From positions 512,001 through 576,000 of the forward strand of contig CAWHFW010000005.1 of assembly GCA_963828735.1 (NCBI GenBank): 64,000 nucleotides of DNA, read 5' to 3'. Both the position numbers and the translations under genes were made by a program. Shown here piece after piece: positions 28,314 to 38,965 of this stretch (positions are counted from its first letter, which is position 1; each line of letters opens with the position of its first letter). The notes under the pieces were generated by a model. It ran no database searches. It was given only the letters and a program-made list of their open reading frames with translations, and was not told where the DNA came from. The DNA is from an uncultured Gemmatimonadales bacterium. Its GTDB lineage: Bacteria; Gemmatimonadota; Gemmatimonadetes; Gemmatimonadales; GWC2-71-9.

Positions 28314-30773
28314 TCAGGCGCGGCCGTCGAGCGTCGCCCGCACCCGCCGCACCAGCTCCTCCGCCGCGAATGGTTTCCGAATCAGGGCCACTTCCCGTCC
28401 CCGCACGCCTCGCTGCAGCACCTCGTCGTCGGTGTAGCCGGAGATGTACAGCACCTTGAGCTCGGGCCGCCGGTCAAGCAGCGTCTCGGCGAGCTCGCGG
28501 CCGCTCATCTCGGGCATGACGATGTCGGTCAGGAGCAGGTCGATGCCGTCCCTCCGCTCGCCGGCCATCATGAGCGCATCACTCCCGTGGCGCGCGGCCA
28601 GCACCGTGTAGCCGTACTCGACCAGCACCTTTCGCAGCAGCTCCCGCACGCCGTCCTCGTCCTCGGCCACCAGCACCGTTTCCGTGCCGTGGAGCGACCG
28701 CGCTGCCGCCTCCTCGTCCACCTCGGCATCGGACGCCTCGAGACGGGGAAGGTAGACCTTGATCGTCGTTCCTACGCCGGCCTCGCTGGACACGCGGACG
28801 ACGCCACCGACCTGGCGTACGATCCCGAAGACGACGGCGCGCCCAAGGTCCGGACGCGGTGCCCCGCCGGGACCGGCCTCGGGATCCATCTCCTCCCCGG
28901 TGTCGCTCACTTCGAGGACGACATAGCGGCCCGGCCGAACAGGCCGGCCGCGGCTCAGCCCGCTGATCCGGCGTTCGCTGGTCTGGATGGTGAGCCGTCC
29001 GCCCGCGGGCATCGCGTCGCGCGCGTTGAGCAGGAGATTCACCACGACGTGCTCCAGCTGAGCCGGATCGATGCGCACCTGACCGATCGTGGGGCCGAGA
29101 CGGACCTCGAGCTGAATGTCCGCCCCGACCAGGCGCTGGGCCAGCGGCTCGATGCCGCGCACCACCTCGTTGAGGTTCACGGGCCGTGGCGCCTGCGCCT
29201 GGTTTCGACCGAACGCCAGCAGCTGGCGGGTGAGCAACGCGCCGCGGTCGGCCGCCTGGCAGATGCGTTGGAGGTCGTGCCGGCGGCGATCGTCCGGGAC
29301 CATGTCGAGCAGCAACATCTCGCCGAAGCCGCGGATGGTGGTGAGAAGGTTGTTGAAGTCGTACGCGACCGCGCCCGCGATGCGCCCGAGCGCCTCGACC
29401 CGCTGCGCGTGGCGCAGTTGATCCTCGCTATCGTGCAGGGCGGCGCGGGTGCGCGTGCGCTCGCTGATGTCGGCGGCCTGCACCAGCCGCACGCGGCGAC
29501 CGTCGAGCTCGAGCTCGTGCGAGACGATCTCCATCTCGACGATGGTCCCGTCACGGCGCCGGTGGCGCGCCAGCGCGACCTCCCCTCGTTGGCCGCTGGG
29601 GCCGGCCGCGCCCTGAACCGGAGGACTGGACTCCTCGGGCGCGAGGAGGTCCATGATCGTCATCCCGAGAAATTCCTCGCGGGTCCACCCATAGTGGTGG
29701 ATCGCCGCCTCGTTGACGGCGAGGAAGACGAGCGTGTCCACGTCGAAGGCCCACATCGGCTGTGGGTGGGCCTCGAAGACGAGGCGGGCGCGGCGGTCCG
29801 CCTGCGCGGCCTCGTCCCGCAAGCGGGCGTTCTGAACGGCCAGCCCGCTTCCCCGACCGAGCTCCTCCGCGAGGCTCACGTCGGCGCCGGTGAACCGACG
29901 TCCGGTTTCGCTCACCGTTCCCAGGGTGACAAGGCCGACACGGTCCGAGCCGGACTCGAATGGAATGCGGAGCACGGCGGTTGGCGACAGGGACCGGTAG
30001 AGCTTGCGCTCCTCCGCGTCGGCGGCGGACTGCCGCACGAGTGTATCCCGCACCTCCGTCACCTGCCCCATCGGGGCCGCCGTGAATGGAGGCGAGCGGT
30101 CACCATACTCGCCCAGCGCGCGAATCACGAGGTCCTTCGTGGCATCGCGGTGCGCCCCGGCGACGAACCGCAAGCGATCCCCTTCGGTGGCGAGATGGAT
30201 GGTGCACCAGTCCGCCAACGTCGGCACGATGAGCCGGGTGAGATCGCGGAACGCGGCCTCGATCCCTCGTTCGGAGGTCAGGATGAGGGAGGCCTGCTCG
30301 AGGAAGCCGAACCGCCGCGCGAGTGCTTCCGCGTCTGCCCGGGTCACCTCGAGGCGCTCCGCGCGCTTCACCCGGTCGTGCATGTGGGCCACCGCGAGCC
30401 CCGTGAGCAGCACGGCGGCCGCGACGGCCAGCAGGCTCGCCACATGATCGGGCGCATAGCGCAGCGGCAGCCCGGGCTCAGCGAAGTAGTGCAGCGCGTA
30501 GAGTATGGTCACCACGACGCTGACCAGCGCCGGCCTGAGGCCCCCGGTGGCGCCCGCGTAGACCACGGTGAGGAGCAGGACGGGGAAGGGCGAGAGCAGC
30601 GCCACCTCGTGCCGGCGAAGCACGTCGAGGAGGACCACTGCCGCGACCGTGAGCAGGGGACCCCGGACCGACGCCCCGATCCGGGCCCAGTCGGGTGGGC
30701 CATCCGCGTGCCGGCCGAGAAACCGACCGAAGACACCGGGCTGGACGGTGGGCGTGGCACTGCTCTGGGGCAT
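28314..30773 (-). CDS. Membrane hybrid sensor (TM-GAF-PAS-degenerate HK-REC), probable pseudokinase
   Basis: H-box reads AGAVAYDFNN; F and G2 boxes missing; REC LLLTDIVMP intact. Confidence 0.85.
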   Translation of the reverse strand: MPQSSATPTVQPGVFGRFLGRHADGPPDWARIGASVRGPLLTVAAVVLLDVLRRHEVALLSPFPVLLLTVVYAGATGGLRPALVSVVVTILYALHYFAEPGLPLRYAPDHVASLLAVAAAVLLTGLAVAHMHDRVKRAERLEVTRADAEALARRFGFLEQASLILTSERGIEAAFRDLTRLIVPTLADWCTIHLATEGDRLRFVAGAHRDATKDLVIRALGEYGDRSPPFTAAPMGQVTEVRDTLVRQSAADAEERKLYRSLSPTAVLRIPFESGSDRVGLVTLGTVSETGRRFTGADVSLAEELGRGSGLAVQNARLRDEAAQADRRARLVFEAHPQPMWAFDVDTLVFLAVNEAAIHHYGWTREEFLGMTIMDLLAPEESSPPVQGAAGPSGQRGEVALARHRRRDGTIVEMEIVSHELELDGRRVRLVQAADISERTRTRAALHDSEDQLRHAQRVEALGRIAGAVAYDFNNLLTTIRGFGEMLLLDMVPDDRRRHDLQRICQAADRGALLTRQLLAFGRNQAQAPRPVNLNEVVRGIEPLAQRLVGADIQLEVRLGPTIGQVRIDPAQLEHVVVNLLLNARDAMPAGGRLTIQTSERRISGLSRGRPVRPGRYVVLEVSDTGEEMDPEAGPGGAPRPDLGRAVVFGIVRQVGGVVRVSSEAGVGTTIKVYLPRLEASDAEVDEEAAARSLHGTETVLVAEDEDGVRELLRKVLVEYGYTVLAARHGSDALMMAGERRDGIDLLLTDIVMPEMSGRELAETLLDRRPELKVLYISGYTDDEVLQRGVRGREVALIRKPFAAEELVRRVRATLDGRA

Positions 30774-31006
30774 GGCTCGGTCCACGGCGGCGTCCTGGCT
30801 GGGGGTCGTCGATCTGGGAGGACAGATTGAAGGTCGGCACCGACGCACGACAAGTCTGTGATTTGCCCCACACCGACTTGCCGACCGCTCTGCAAGACGA
30901 TATCCTATCCCGACCCACAGCCAGCCATGCCGCGAACCCTGCCCGGATGCCGCCCGGAACACGGGACCTCGCGCGCACTCTCGCCCACGGAAAGGACACC
31001 TGTCCC

Positions 31007-34000
31007 ATGAATGTGCCGAGTCCGCTGCGGTCCGCCTTTGCCATGCTCCTCCTGGGTCTCATCGCTCTCCCCGCCCGCCTCCATGGGCAGGCGCAGGCCA
31101 CCACAGGCGTCATTCGCGGAACGATCACCGATTCCTCCTCCGGCCGAGCACTCGCCGGCGCCCATGTGACCCTGCGGAACGCCGAAACCAACGCCGAGCG
31201 CGTGCTCACGACGAACGAGCAGGGAGTGTACGTGGCCACCCTCCTCCGGGTCGGCACGTACGACGTGGCGGCCCGCGCCCTGGGGTTCACGGAAGCCAAG
31301 CGCACGGCCATCAGCCTGCGACTCGGTGAGACGCAGGACCTTTCGTTCGCGCTGGCGCCGCAGGCGGTGCAACTCCAGGAAATCACGGTCGCGGGGGCCG
31401 AGCCCACCGTGGACGTCACCAAGTCCGAGGGTTCGACCCGGCTCGGCGCGGAGGCGGTGGAAGGGCTCCCGAACAACGGCCGGAACATCTTCAACTACAC
31501 GACCCTCACGCCGAACGTGGCCATCGTCCAGGGGCCCGACGGCGACGAGATCAGCATCGGCGGCCAGAAAGGCATCCACAACAACGTCTCGGTGGACGGC
31601 GCCGACTTCAACAACCCGTTCTTCGGCGAGCAGCGCGGCGGCCAGCGGCCCGCGTTCACCTTCAACCTGGACGCGGTCCAGGACTTCGTCGTCGTGGCGG
31701 ACGGGGCCAACGCGGAATTCGGCCGGTCCAGCGGCGGCTTCATCAATGTCATCACGAAGTCGGGAACCAACGAGTTCCACGGATCGGCCCACTACTTCGG
31801 CAAGTACGACGGGCTCTCCGCCGACTACAGCCACACGTTTCCGAACGGCCTGACCAGCGGCTTCGTCCCCGACTTCAATCAGCACCAGTTCGGCGCCACG
31901 TTCGGCGGACCGCTCGTCCGGGACAAGGCCTTCTTCTTCCTGGCCTACGACCAGCAGGAGTACAGTGACGTCAAGCAGTCGGACCGGCAGAGCACGATCG
32001 ACCCGGCGCTGGTGGCGTGGACGGATACCGCTTTCGGCGGAGCCCTCAACGGCGACTTCGGATCGATCTCGCGGACCAACGACGCGAACGCCTTCCTTGG
32101 CAAGCTCGACTTCCGTCTCGGCGAGAAGCACAACGCGTCGCTCAAGTACAACTACACCCGCTCGAACCAGCAGAACGGCACCTTCGACGTGGACTCGTGG
32201 GGTCGAAGCTCCAACGCGCTGGAGCAGGACCACTCGCATGCCGTGAACGGCAGCCTGACGTCCCTGTTCTCCTCGTCGCTGTCGAACGAGTTCCGGTTCC
32301 AGTGGGCCCGCGAGGACCGGCCGCGTCCATACGAGGGCGCGATCAATCCGGCGACCGGGCGTCCGTTCCCCGACACCGACATCCCCTTCATCGGCTCGAA
32401 CGGCATCGAAGGCTACCGGATCGGCATGCCGTTCTTCATCCCGCTGCAGACCGCGTACGACTTCCGGTTCCAGGTGCTGGACAACATCTCGCTGCTGCGC
32501 GGCAACCACCTGTTCAAGTTCGGCGCGGAGTGGAACCGGACCGGCGTGAACCAGACGTTCCTCGGGTTCGCGAACGGTCGCATGATCTTCAACTCGCTGA
32601 ACGGATTCCTCAATTACGCCGCCAACGGGCCCAGCTATGTGGAGTGCGCCCAGGACGGCACCAACGCGCCGACGCCGCCGCAGCTCACCGGCGCGTGTCC
32701 GACCGGCGAGCACATCACCGGCCCCCTGTCGACCTACCTGCAGCAGGCGGGTGTCGGCGGGTTGACGGTCGAGGAGGCGGGCACCCAGACCATCATCCAG
32801 CACGAGCTCGCGCTGTTCCTCCAGGACAGCTGGAAGCCCAAGGCGAACCTGACCGTGAACTACGGCCTCCGATGGGAGGCGCAGATCCAGCCCAGCCTCA
32901 TCACGCCGATCGAACAGCTCTTCTATGCCCCGTTCATCGGACAGACCGTGACCAACTCGGTGGGCACGTTCGAGTTTCCTGGGGACGGCACGATTCCGAG
33001 CGACTACAAGATGTTCCAGCCACGCCTGGGGATCGCGTACGACGTGAAGGGCGACGGCAAGCAGGTCCTTCGCGCCAACGCGGGCCTCTACTACGCCCGC
33101 ATCCCGGGCCTCAACCTCGCGAGCAGCCGGAGCACGGACGGCTCGCGCGGACAAACCCTGTTCACGAACAGCGCCCTCAACGCCGTCCTGGGCGCGCCGC
33201 CCGCGTACGGCGATCTGCTCCCGAGCCCGACCGGCGGGCCGTTCTTCCCGGGTGTGTTCGTGTTCGACAAGAATTTCGAGAACCCGAGGACCTTCAGCGC
33301 CACGTTCGGGTACGAGCGCGAGGTGTCGCGTGGCCTGGCTGCCAGCCTGAGCTACACGTATGCCAGCACGGATCACCTCACGCGGTTCATCAACCGCAAC
33401 GACGCCGTGTTCGGCACTCCGTGGGGAACGGGCCTCGAGCCGGGTGGCACCAACGGCATCGGGACGCTGACCGTGGTAGAGAGCAGCGCCAAGTCCCGCT
33501 TCAACGGGATCACGGCCGAACTCAAGCACCTCGGGAACGACCGGATCCAGTTCGAAGCGAACTACACGCTCTCCTACGACAAGTCGGATGACGACAACGA
33601 GCGCGACCCCTTCACCTTCCGCTACGCGCAGGCCGACTCGCTCGACCGCGAGTACAACTGGAGTGATCGCGACCAGCGCCACCGGTTCAACGCCTGGGTG
33701 CTGGCGATCCTGCCGGCCGATTTCTACCTCAACAACCGGGTGAGCGCCTATTCCGCGCAGCCAGTCTCGGAGATCTGCGGCCTGAACAACGAGGGCACCG
33801 GCCAGCGCGCCGTGCAGCCGTCCCAGCGCATCTGCCCCGACGGCCACATCCTTCAGCGCAACACGATTCGCCGGGACAACGCGTTCTTCTCGTGGGACAT
33901 CCGGCTCTCGAAGCCGTTCCCGATCGGCCCCCACAGCACGTTCGAGGCGATCTTCGAGGTGTTCAACGTGACCAACACCGACAACTTCAAGGACCCGTCG

Positions 34001-34093
34001 TCCAGCGGCACGTTCGCCAACTTCGACGGCACCATCCGGAGCGGGCTCGGCGAGCCGCGGCAGTTCCAGGTGGGAGGACGCTACCTGTTCTAG
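31007..34093 (+). CDS. TonB-dependent receptor with N-terminal carboxypeptidase-regulatory-like domain
   Basis: Signal peptide; NAEFGRSSGG.INVITKSGTN; FQPRLG; C-terminal RQFQVGGRYLF. Confidence 0.92.
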   Translation: MNVPSPLRSAFAMLLLGLIALPARLHGQAQATTGVIRGTITDSSSGRALAGAHVTLRNAETNAERVLTTNEQGVYVATLLRVGTYDVAARALGFTEAKRTAISLRLGETQDLSFALAPQAVQLQEITVAGAEPTVDVTKSEGSTRLGAEAVEGLPNNGRNIFNYTTLTPNVAIVQGPDGDEISIGGQKGIHNNVSVDGADFNNPFFGEQRGGQRPAFTFNLDAVQDFVVVADGANAEFGRSSGGFINVITKSGTNEFHGSAHYFGKYDGLSADYSHTFPNGLTSGFVPDFNQHQFGATFGGPLVRDKAFFFLAYDQQEYSDVKQSDRQSTIDPALVAWTDTAFGGALNGDFGSISRTNDANAFLGKLDFRLGEKHNASLKYNYTRSNQQNGTFDVDSWGRSSNALEQDHSHAVNGSLTSLFSSSLSNEFRFQWAREDRPRPYEGAINPATGRPFPDTDIPFIGSNGIEGYRIGMPFFIPLQTAYDFRFQVLDNISLLRGNHLFKFGAEWNRTGVNQTFLGFANGRMIFNSLNGFLNYAANGPSYVECAQDGTNAPTPPQLTGACPTGEHITGPLSTYLQQAGVGGLTVEEAGTQTIIQHELALFLQDSWKPKANLTVNYGLRWEAQIQPSLITPIEQLFYAPFIGQTVTNSVGTFEFPGDGTIPSDYKMFQPRLGIAYDVKGDGKQVLRANAGLYYARIPGLNLASSRSTDGSRGQTLFTNSALNAVLGAPPAYGDLLPSPTGGPFFPGVFVFDKNFENPRTFSATFGYEREVSRGLAASLSYTYASTDHLTRFINRNDAVFGTPWGTGLEPGGTNGIGTLTVVESSAKSRFNGITAELKHLGNDRIQFEANYTLSYDKSDDDNERDPFTFRYAQADSLDREYNWSDRDQRHRFNAWVLAILPADFYLNNRVSAYSAQPVSEICGLNNEGTGQRAVQPSQRICPDGHILQRNTIRRDNAFFSWDIRLSKPFPIGPHSTFEAIFEVFNVTNTDNFKDPSSSGTFANFDGTIRSGLGEPRQFQVGGRYLF

Positions 34094-34119
34094 ACGACGC
34101 GATCAAAGCATGGAACGAA

Positions 34120-34152
34120 GAAAAGGAGGGCCCGATCCGGGCCCTCCTTTTC
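34120..34152. terminator. Bidirectional rho-independent terminator
   Basis: gaaaaggagggcccg-atc-cgggccctccttttc between convergent genes. Confidence 0.85.
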
Positions 34153-34176
34153 GCTTCACACCACCCGCCCCCTCGG

Positions 34177-34827
34177 TCAGAACGTCAGCGTCAGCACCAC
34201 CGCAAAGGCCCGATTCTTGACATCCGCCCCCTCCAGCACCGACCGCACCCCACCCGTATAGCGCGCCTCGAGCGCCATCGCCGACTGCGGCCATCGAATC
34301 TCGAGGCCGCCACCCACGACGAGGCCGAAATCGACCTGACGAAAGTCCGAGATGCCGGCTTCGGAACAGACCACGCGGACGGGAGAGTTGGGATCGATGA
34401 GCTGGAGATTGCAACCGATCTGCAGCGAGGTCGCGGCGCCGCCGAAGAACATCGGACGGTATCGCCCGCGGGTCGGGCCGATCCGGAGGAGGACGGGCAG
34501 CTCGATGTAGGCGAGCTCGATGTCGAGGTCCCTCGTGACACCGCTGTCCACGGTCGTCTGCGCGCGCCCGCCCTTCAATGCGAAGAGGAACTCCGTTCGG
34601 AGGAAGAGTGGCGGCTTGATGGGCAGCTGCACGTAGACGCCGGTCAGGGCCCCCTGGCGGCTCTGCACGCGCTCCGCGTCGCTGCCACCCAGGTCGCTGC
34701 GCGAGTAGCCGAGCTCGCCGCCTACCGCCGGGCGGAGGCTGGAGCGCTGCGCGGGCGCCTGCGCGGACAGCAACGCGGGCACGAGGAGAAGCATGAGAAT
34801 GAAGATCGGGAGGTGGCGAGCCGCCAT
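34177..34827 (-). CDS. Outer-membrane beta-barrel (PorT/porin family) protein
   Basis: Signal peptide, LAYIELPVLL, DFGLVVGGG, terminal Phe. Confidence 0.8.
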   Translation of the reverse strand: MAARHLPIFILMLLLVPALLSAQAPAQRSSLRPAVGGELGYSRSDLGGSDAERVQSRQGALTGVYVQLPIKPPLFLRTEFLFALKGGRAQTTVDSGVTRDLDIELAYIELPVLLRIGPTRGRYRPMFFGGAATSLQIGCNLQLIDPNSPVRVVCSEAGISDFRQVDFGLVVGGGLEIRWPQSAMALEARYTGGVRSVLEGADVKNRAFAVVLTLTF

Positions 34828-34864
34828 GCCCCGAAGTTAACTCCGCCAGGCCCGGCGGGCGCGG

Positions 34865-36436
34865 CTAGTTCGGGCCGTTCGGATGGTCGAGGACTTCGCG
34901 GACCTTCCGGGCGAGGTCGGCGGGTGCGAACGGCTTCTGCAGGAACGGCTCGCCGTCGTCGATCATGCCGCGGCGGCGCAGGTCGTCGAGGGAGTAGCCC
35001 GACATGAGCAGCACCGGCAGGCTGCTTCGACGGCGTGAAAGCTGGGTACGGAGGCTCCGGCCGTCCACCACCGGCATCGCGATGTCGCTCACGACGAGCT
35101 GAACGGCGTCGTCGTGCCGATCGAGTACCTCGAGCGCCTCCTGCCCGTTCTGGGCCTGGAACACGCGGTAGCCCTCGGCCCTGAGCGCGCGGGCGGCGAT
35201 CGCCCGCATGTGCGGCTCGTCCTCCACCAGGAGCACGACCTCGTCGCCCCCGGTCACCCCGAGGTCGCTCGCGGTCGCCTCGACGGACAGCGCCTCGACG
35301 AGGGGGAGGTGGATCTGGATCGTGGTGCCATGCTCTCGCTCGCTCTGTGCCCACACGTAGCCGTCGGCCTGCTTCACGATTCCATACACCGCGGCCAGCC
35401 CCAGTCCGGAGCCCTTCCCCACGTCCTTGGTCGTGAAGAACGGCTCGAAGATGCGCTCCACGGTCCCCTGCTCCATCCCGATGCCGGTATCGCTCACGGC
35501 GATCCGGACGTAGCGGCCTTCGCGAATCGGAAAGTCGCGCCGAGGGCCGCGGCCGGGCTCCGGAAGCGTCACCTCGCGCGTTTCGATCGTCAGCGTTCCG
35601 CCGCCCGGCATCGCGTCGACCGCGTTGAGCACCAGATTGAGCAGCACCTGTTCGATCTGACCGCGCCCGATCTGCACGTGATGGGGCGACGCGAGCCGGG
35701 TCTCGAGTCGGGACTTCTCGCCCAGGGTCCGCTGGAGCACCGGAGCGAAGGCCTGAATGGCGCCGTTCACCTCGAGCACCTCGGGCTGGACCAGGTGACG
35801 GCGGCTGAACGTGAGCAGCTGCTGGGTGACGGCCGCCGTGCGCTCGGCCGCACGCCGCACCTGATCCAGATCGCCGCGGACGTCGGCGGGGATGTCGGCA
35901 CGGCGCAGGATGAAGTCGGTGAAGCCGATCACGACGGCCATCTGATTGTTGGTTTCGTGCGCCATGCCGCCGGCGAGCCGGCCGAGGGCCTCCATCCGCT
36001 GGACCTGACGAAGGTGCTCCTCGGAACGCCGCTGCTCGGTCACGTCCGCCGCAATCCCCACGATGCGGACCGGGCACCCCATCTCGTCCGCCACCACCCG
36101 TCCCGCCATGCGGATCCACGCCGCCGAACCGTCGTCGCGCAGCAGACGGAACTCCACGGTGTGATCGCCACCCTCGGCCAGTCCCCGCTCGACGGAGGCG
36201 CGCACGCGACGGGCGTCCTCCGCCGTCAGCCTGGCGAGCAGCGCATCGAAGGTGCCTGGGAGCCAGTCGTCCGATCCGATCAACACTTGGGCGGCATCCG
36301 AGGACCAGATCATGCCCCCGGTGCGGACGTCGAGGTCCCACGTGCTCATGCGCCCAACCGCGAGGGCGAGCCGCACGCGCTCCTGGGGCTCACGCATCGT
36401 CAGTTCCGAGATCACGCGTGTGGGTTCTGCCCGCAT
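34865..36436 (-). CDS. Hybrid PAS sensor histidine kinase
   Basis: AGGMAHETNN, NLVLNA.DAM, FEPFFTTK, GSGLGL, VSDIAMP. Confidence 0.92.
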   Translation of the reverse strand: MRAEPTRVISELTMREPQERVRLALAVGRMSTWDLDVRTGGMIWSSDAAQVLIGSDDWLPGTFDALLARLTAEDARRVRASVERGLAEGGDHTVEFRLLRDDGSAAWIRMAGRVVADEMGCPVRIVGIAADVTEQRRSEEHLRQVQRMEALGRLAGGMAHETNNQMAVVIGFTDFILRRADIPADVRGDLDQVRRAAERTAAVTQQLLTFSRRHLVQPEVLEVNGAIQAFAPVLQRTLGEKSRLETRLASPHHVQIGRGQIEQVLLNLVLNAVDAMPGGGTLTIETREVTLPEPGRGPRRDFPIREGRYVRIAVSDTGIGMEQGTVERIFEPFFTTKDVGKGSGLGLAAVYGIVKQADGYVWAQSEREHGTTIQIHLPLVEALSVEATASDLGVTGGDEVVLLVEDEPHMRAIAARALRAEGYRVFQAQNGQEALEVLDRHDDAVQLVVSDIAMPVVDGRSLRTQLSRRRSSLPVLLMSGYSLDDLRRRGMIDDGEPFLQKPFAPADLARKVREVLDHPNGPN

Positions 36437-36680
36437 GTGCCTGCCGTCGGTGGCATACGTTGAACGTCCAACCGCCAGTCGGCGGCAGCCTGGTCGTTTC
36501 CAAGCCAAGGCTCCGATTGTAGGACAGTCGAGCAGTTCACGAAGTGTCGGGGAGCACACGGGGGCGCGGCCCGCGGGTGGTCGGGTGGCGGGTAAGCTCA
36601 GGCGAGGCTTTGGCCTACGGGCACGGCGGGACCGTCGCGACGCAAGGTCGCAACCATCGATCAGCGATGGCGACGCCGCG

Positions 36681-37295
36681 CTAGGTGGTGCAGCGAAACA
36701 CGCGCGCGGGGAGCACGTTCAGGGGCTCGAATTCCTGTCGCACGTGCCCGAAGACGCGGCGCAGCTCCGGCAGGGCCGACCGGGTGAACTGGTAGACCAC
36801 CAACACCCCGCCCGGCCGAAGCAGCCGCCGCCATGCCGCGATCAGCGCGAGCCGGTCGGTCTTGGTGAGGCTGCTGAGTGGAATCCCGGAGACCAGCAGA
36901 TCGACGGAGCCGATGCCGCGCTCCGCGAGCGCCTCTCCGGCCTCGGCGGCCGATCGGTGGACCACCGTGAGCCTGCGATCCGGAATCTCGTTTCGCAGGT
37001 GAGCCACGAACGTCGGGTTCATCTCGAAGGCGAGAAGCATCCCGTCGCCACCGAGGCGCCCGAGAATCGGTGTGGTCAAGGTGCCCACGCCGGGGCCGGC
37101 CTCCACGACCACCCTCGTGCCGGGCCAGTCCACCTGACGCAGGACGCGGGAAATCAGGAATCGGCTGCTGGGAACGACCGAGCCGAGCATTCGAGGGTGT
37201 CGGAGGAAAGTTCGGCCAAAGAGGAGGCCGGGAGGGAGCGGCCGGCGGCGGGCCGGGGCCGGATAGATTTCTTCGCCGTGCTCGTTCGTCGCCAT
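36681..37295 (-). CDS. SAM-dependent methyltransferase, PmtA-like phospholipid N-methyltransferase
   Basis: P..LGSVVPSSRFL, VEAGPGVG, VSGIP, YQF. Confidence 0.8.
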   Translation of the reverse strand: MATNEHGEEIYPAPARRRPLPPGLLFGRTFLRHPRMLGSVVPSSRFLISRVLRQVDWPGTRVVVEAGPGVGTLTTPILGRLGGDGMLLAFEMNPTFVAHLRNEIPDRRLTVVHRSAAEAGEALAERGIGSVDLLVSGIPLSSLTKTDRLALIAAWRRLLRPGGVLVVYQFTRSALPELRRVFGHVRQEFEPLNVLPARVFRCTT

Positions 37296-37463
37296 CAATG
37301 TAAGTACAGCCGACCGGTCACCGCGGCAAGAGAGGCGGGTCACGACGGAAACCGCCGTCGGGGGGCAGATTGACCCATTGCCAGGGCAGTTGGTGAGCCT
37401 CACCTTGTCCACGGAAGGCCGCCTACAGAGATTTCAGTGCGATTCTTCTCCTGAAGGTTGTGC

Positions 37464-37895
37464 ATGCCCGAGCCCACCCACACGCGCCCCACGAACCACC
37501 CGTCCGTCCTTCTGGTCGAAGCGGAGCCGATGCTTCGCATGACCATGACCAAGTTCCTGCAGCGCTCGGGGTATCAGGTCACCGCGTGCCCCGATGCTGC
37601 GGCCGCCGAGGCCTTCCTCGTCGGCGCTTCCTCCGGGCCGGACCTGATCGTACTCGGCGTGCGAGTGCTCGACCGCGCCACCGCGCTGGCCGCGCGCCGC
37701 CTGCGCGATGCGGCACGCGACGTACCGATGCTCGGCATCGCCGACGTGCTGCACTACGACGGCGGCGAGGCGCCCGCCCTACCGGACAACCTCCGCTTCC
37801 TCGCCCATCCCTTCGACATGCCCGACGTGCTGCGCGCGGTTCGCTCGTCGCTCCGCCAGCCCGGCTCCGGAACGGCCATCAGCCAGCAGGCCTGA
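37464..37895 (+). CDS. Atypical single-domain response regulator (pseudo-receiver)
   Basis: VLLVEAE, PDLIVLG (no Asp), FLAHPF. Confidence 0.75.
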   Translation: MPEPTHTRPTNHPSVLLVEAEPMLRMTMTKFLQRSGYQVTACPDAAAAEAFLVGASSGPDLIVLGVRVLDRATALAARRLRDAARDVPMLGIADVLHYDGGEAPALPDNLRFLAHPFDMPDVLRAVRSSLRQPGSGTAISQQA

Positions 37896-37933
37896 TATCG
37901 CCGGTTCGCAGGACCGCGGGCATAGACTCGTCG

Positions 37934-38572
37934 CTACTCGGCGGCCTCTCGCCTCGCGCGAGCCGGCCGCGAGGCCAGATCCACGCGCGTCTCTCCCTGC
38001 CGATACGCCGGATTGCGGATCCGGTACCAGAGCGTCTCGGGCGCATACGGGTCGCGGCCGCGCTTGGCCACGATACCCTCGAGGTCCATACGTCGTGCCG
38101 CCGCGAACAGGGCGCGGCCGTGCTCCTCCAGCGTGAACACCTTGTAGAGCGGCCCGGTGTCCGCGGGGAGCAGCTCGGCCAGACGCCGCTTTCGTTCGAC
38201 GAGCGGTGCCGAGCGGAGGTCCGCGCCGTCCAGCCACAGCAGATCCGACGCCGCGAACGCGAGGTAGCCGCGTCCCTTCAGCAGCTCCCGGAACACAGGC
38301 TTGCCCTTGGAATCGAGCGAGACGATCTCGCCGTCGAGGATGGCCTCATGGCCTTCGAGCACCCGGGCGACGCGCTCGCGCAGCTCGCTGAACGTCTCGA
38401 AGTGCGCGTCCTGTCGCGCCCTGAGATCGCAGCCATCCCGGGAGCCGTACAGTAACGCCCTGAACCCATCGTACTTGGGCTCGAACATCCAGTCGGGGCC
38501 GTCGAACGGCTCTCGCCACGGCAGCAGGCTTATGGGTTCGGCGTCGGGAAGAGCGCTGGTGATCGTGGGCAT
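37934..38572 (-). CDS. ATP-dependent DNA ligase, adenylation domain only
   Basis: EPKYDGFR, LDGEIV, DLLWLDG.DLR, EGIVAKR; no OB domain. Confidence 0.85.
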   Translation of the reverse strand: MPTITSALPDAEPISLLPWREPFDGPDWMFEPKYDGFRALLYGSRDGCDLRARQDAHFETFSELRERVARVLEGHEAILDGEIVSLDSKGKPVFRELLKGRGYLAFAASDLLWLDGADLRSAPLVERKRRLAELLPADTGPLYKVFTLEEHGRALFAAARRMDLEGIVAKRGRDPYAPETLWYRIRNPAYRQGETRVDLASRPARARREAAE

Positions 38573-38965
38573 GGACGGGCTCCGGGGCCGCGGCAACGGC
38601 CAAGAGTCCTCCCCACGAGGAGGGATCGCAAGCTTGGAGAATTGGGCGGCCCCGAGCCGCCTACACGAGGTGCGCCGAAGATGTTACGACGCAGAAGCGG
38701 GTTATGCCAGGGGTGGCACTGCCTGGAGGCGGCCTGTGTCATCACGCCCGGGGCGTCAACGGTGGTGGCGCGTGGACTCGTTACACGTGTGGCAAGTGTG
38801 TGCAGAAAATTGGGTGGAAATGTTCAAAAGCGCGGCTGACAGTGGAGGGCCATGTGCACGGATCAGTGGACAGCCTGCGGTCATCCGTCACGCTCGGAGA
38901 AACGCAGGTAGCCATCTGGCGAGAATGTGACCCGTCAACGACGGGACAACCGTCAGGCCGATGGG

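Noticed and set aside
38600..38960. Left island boundary or dif-like site
   Set aside because: No tRNA-Ile fragment and no convincing XerC/XerD arms found by eye
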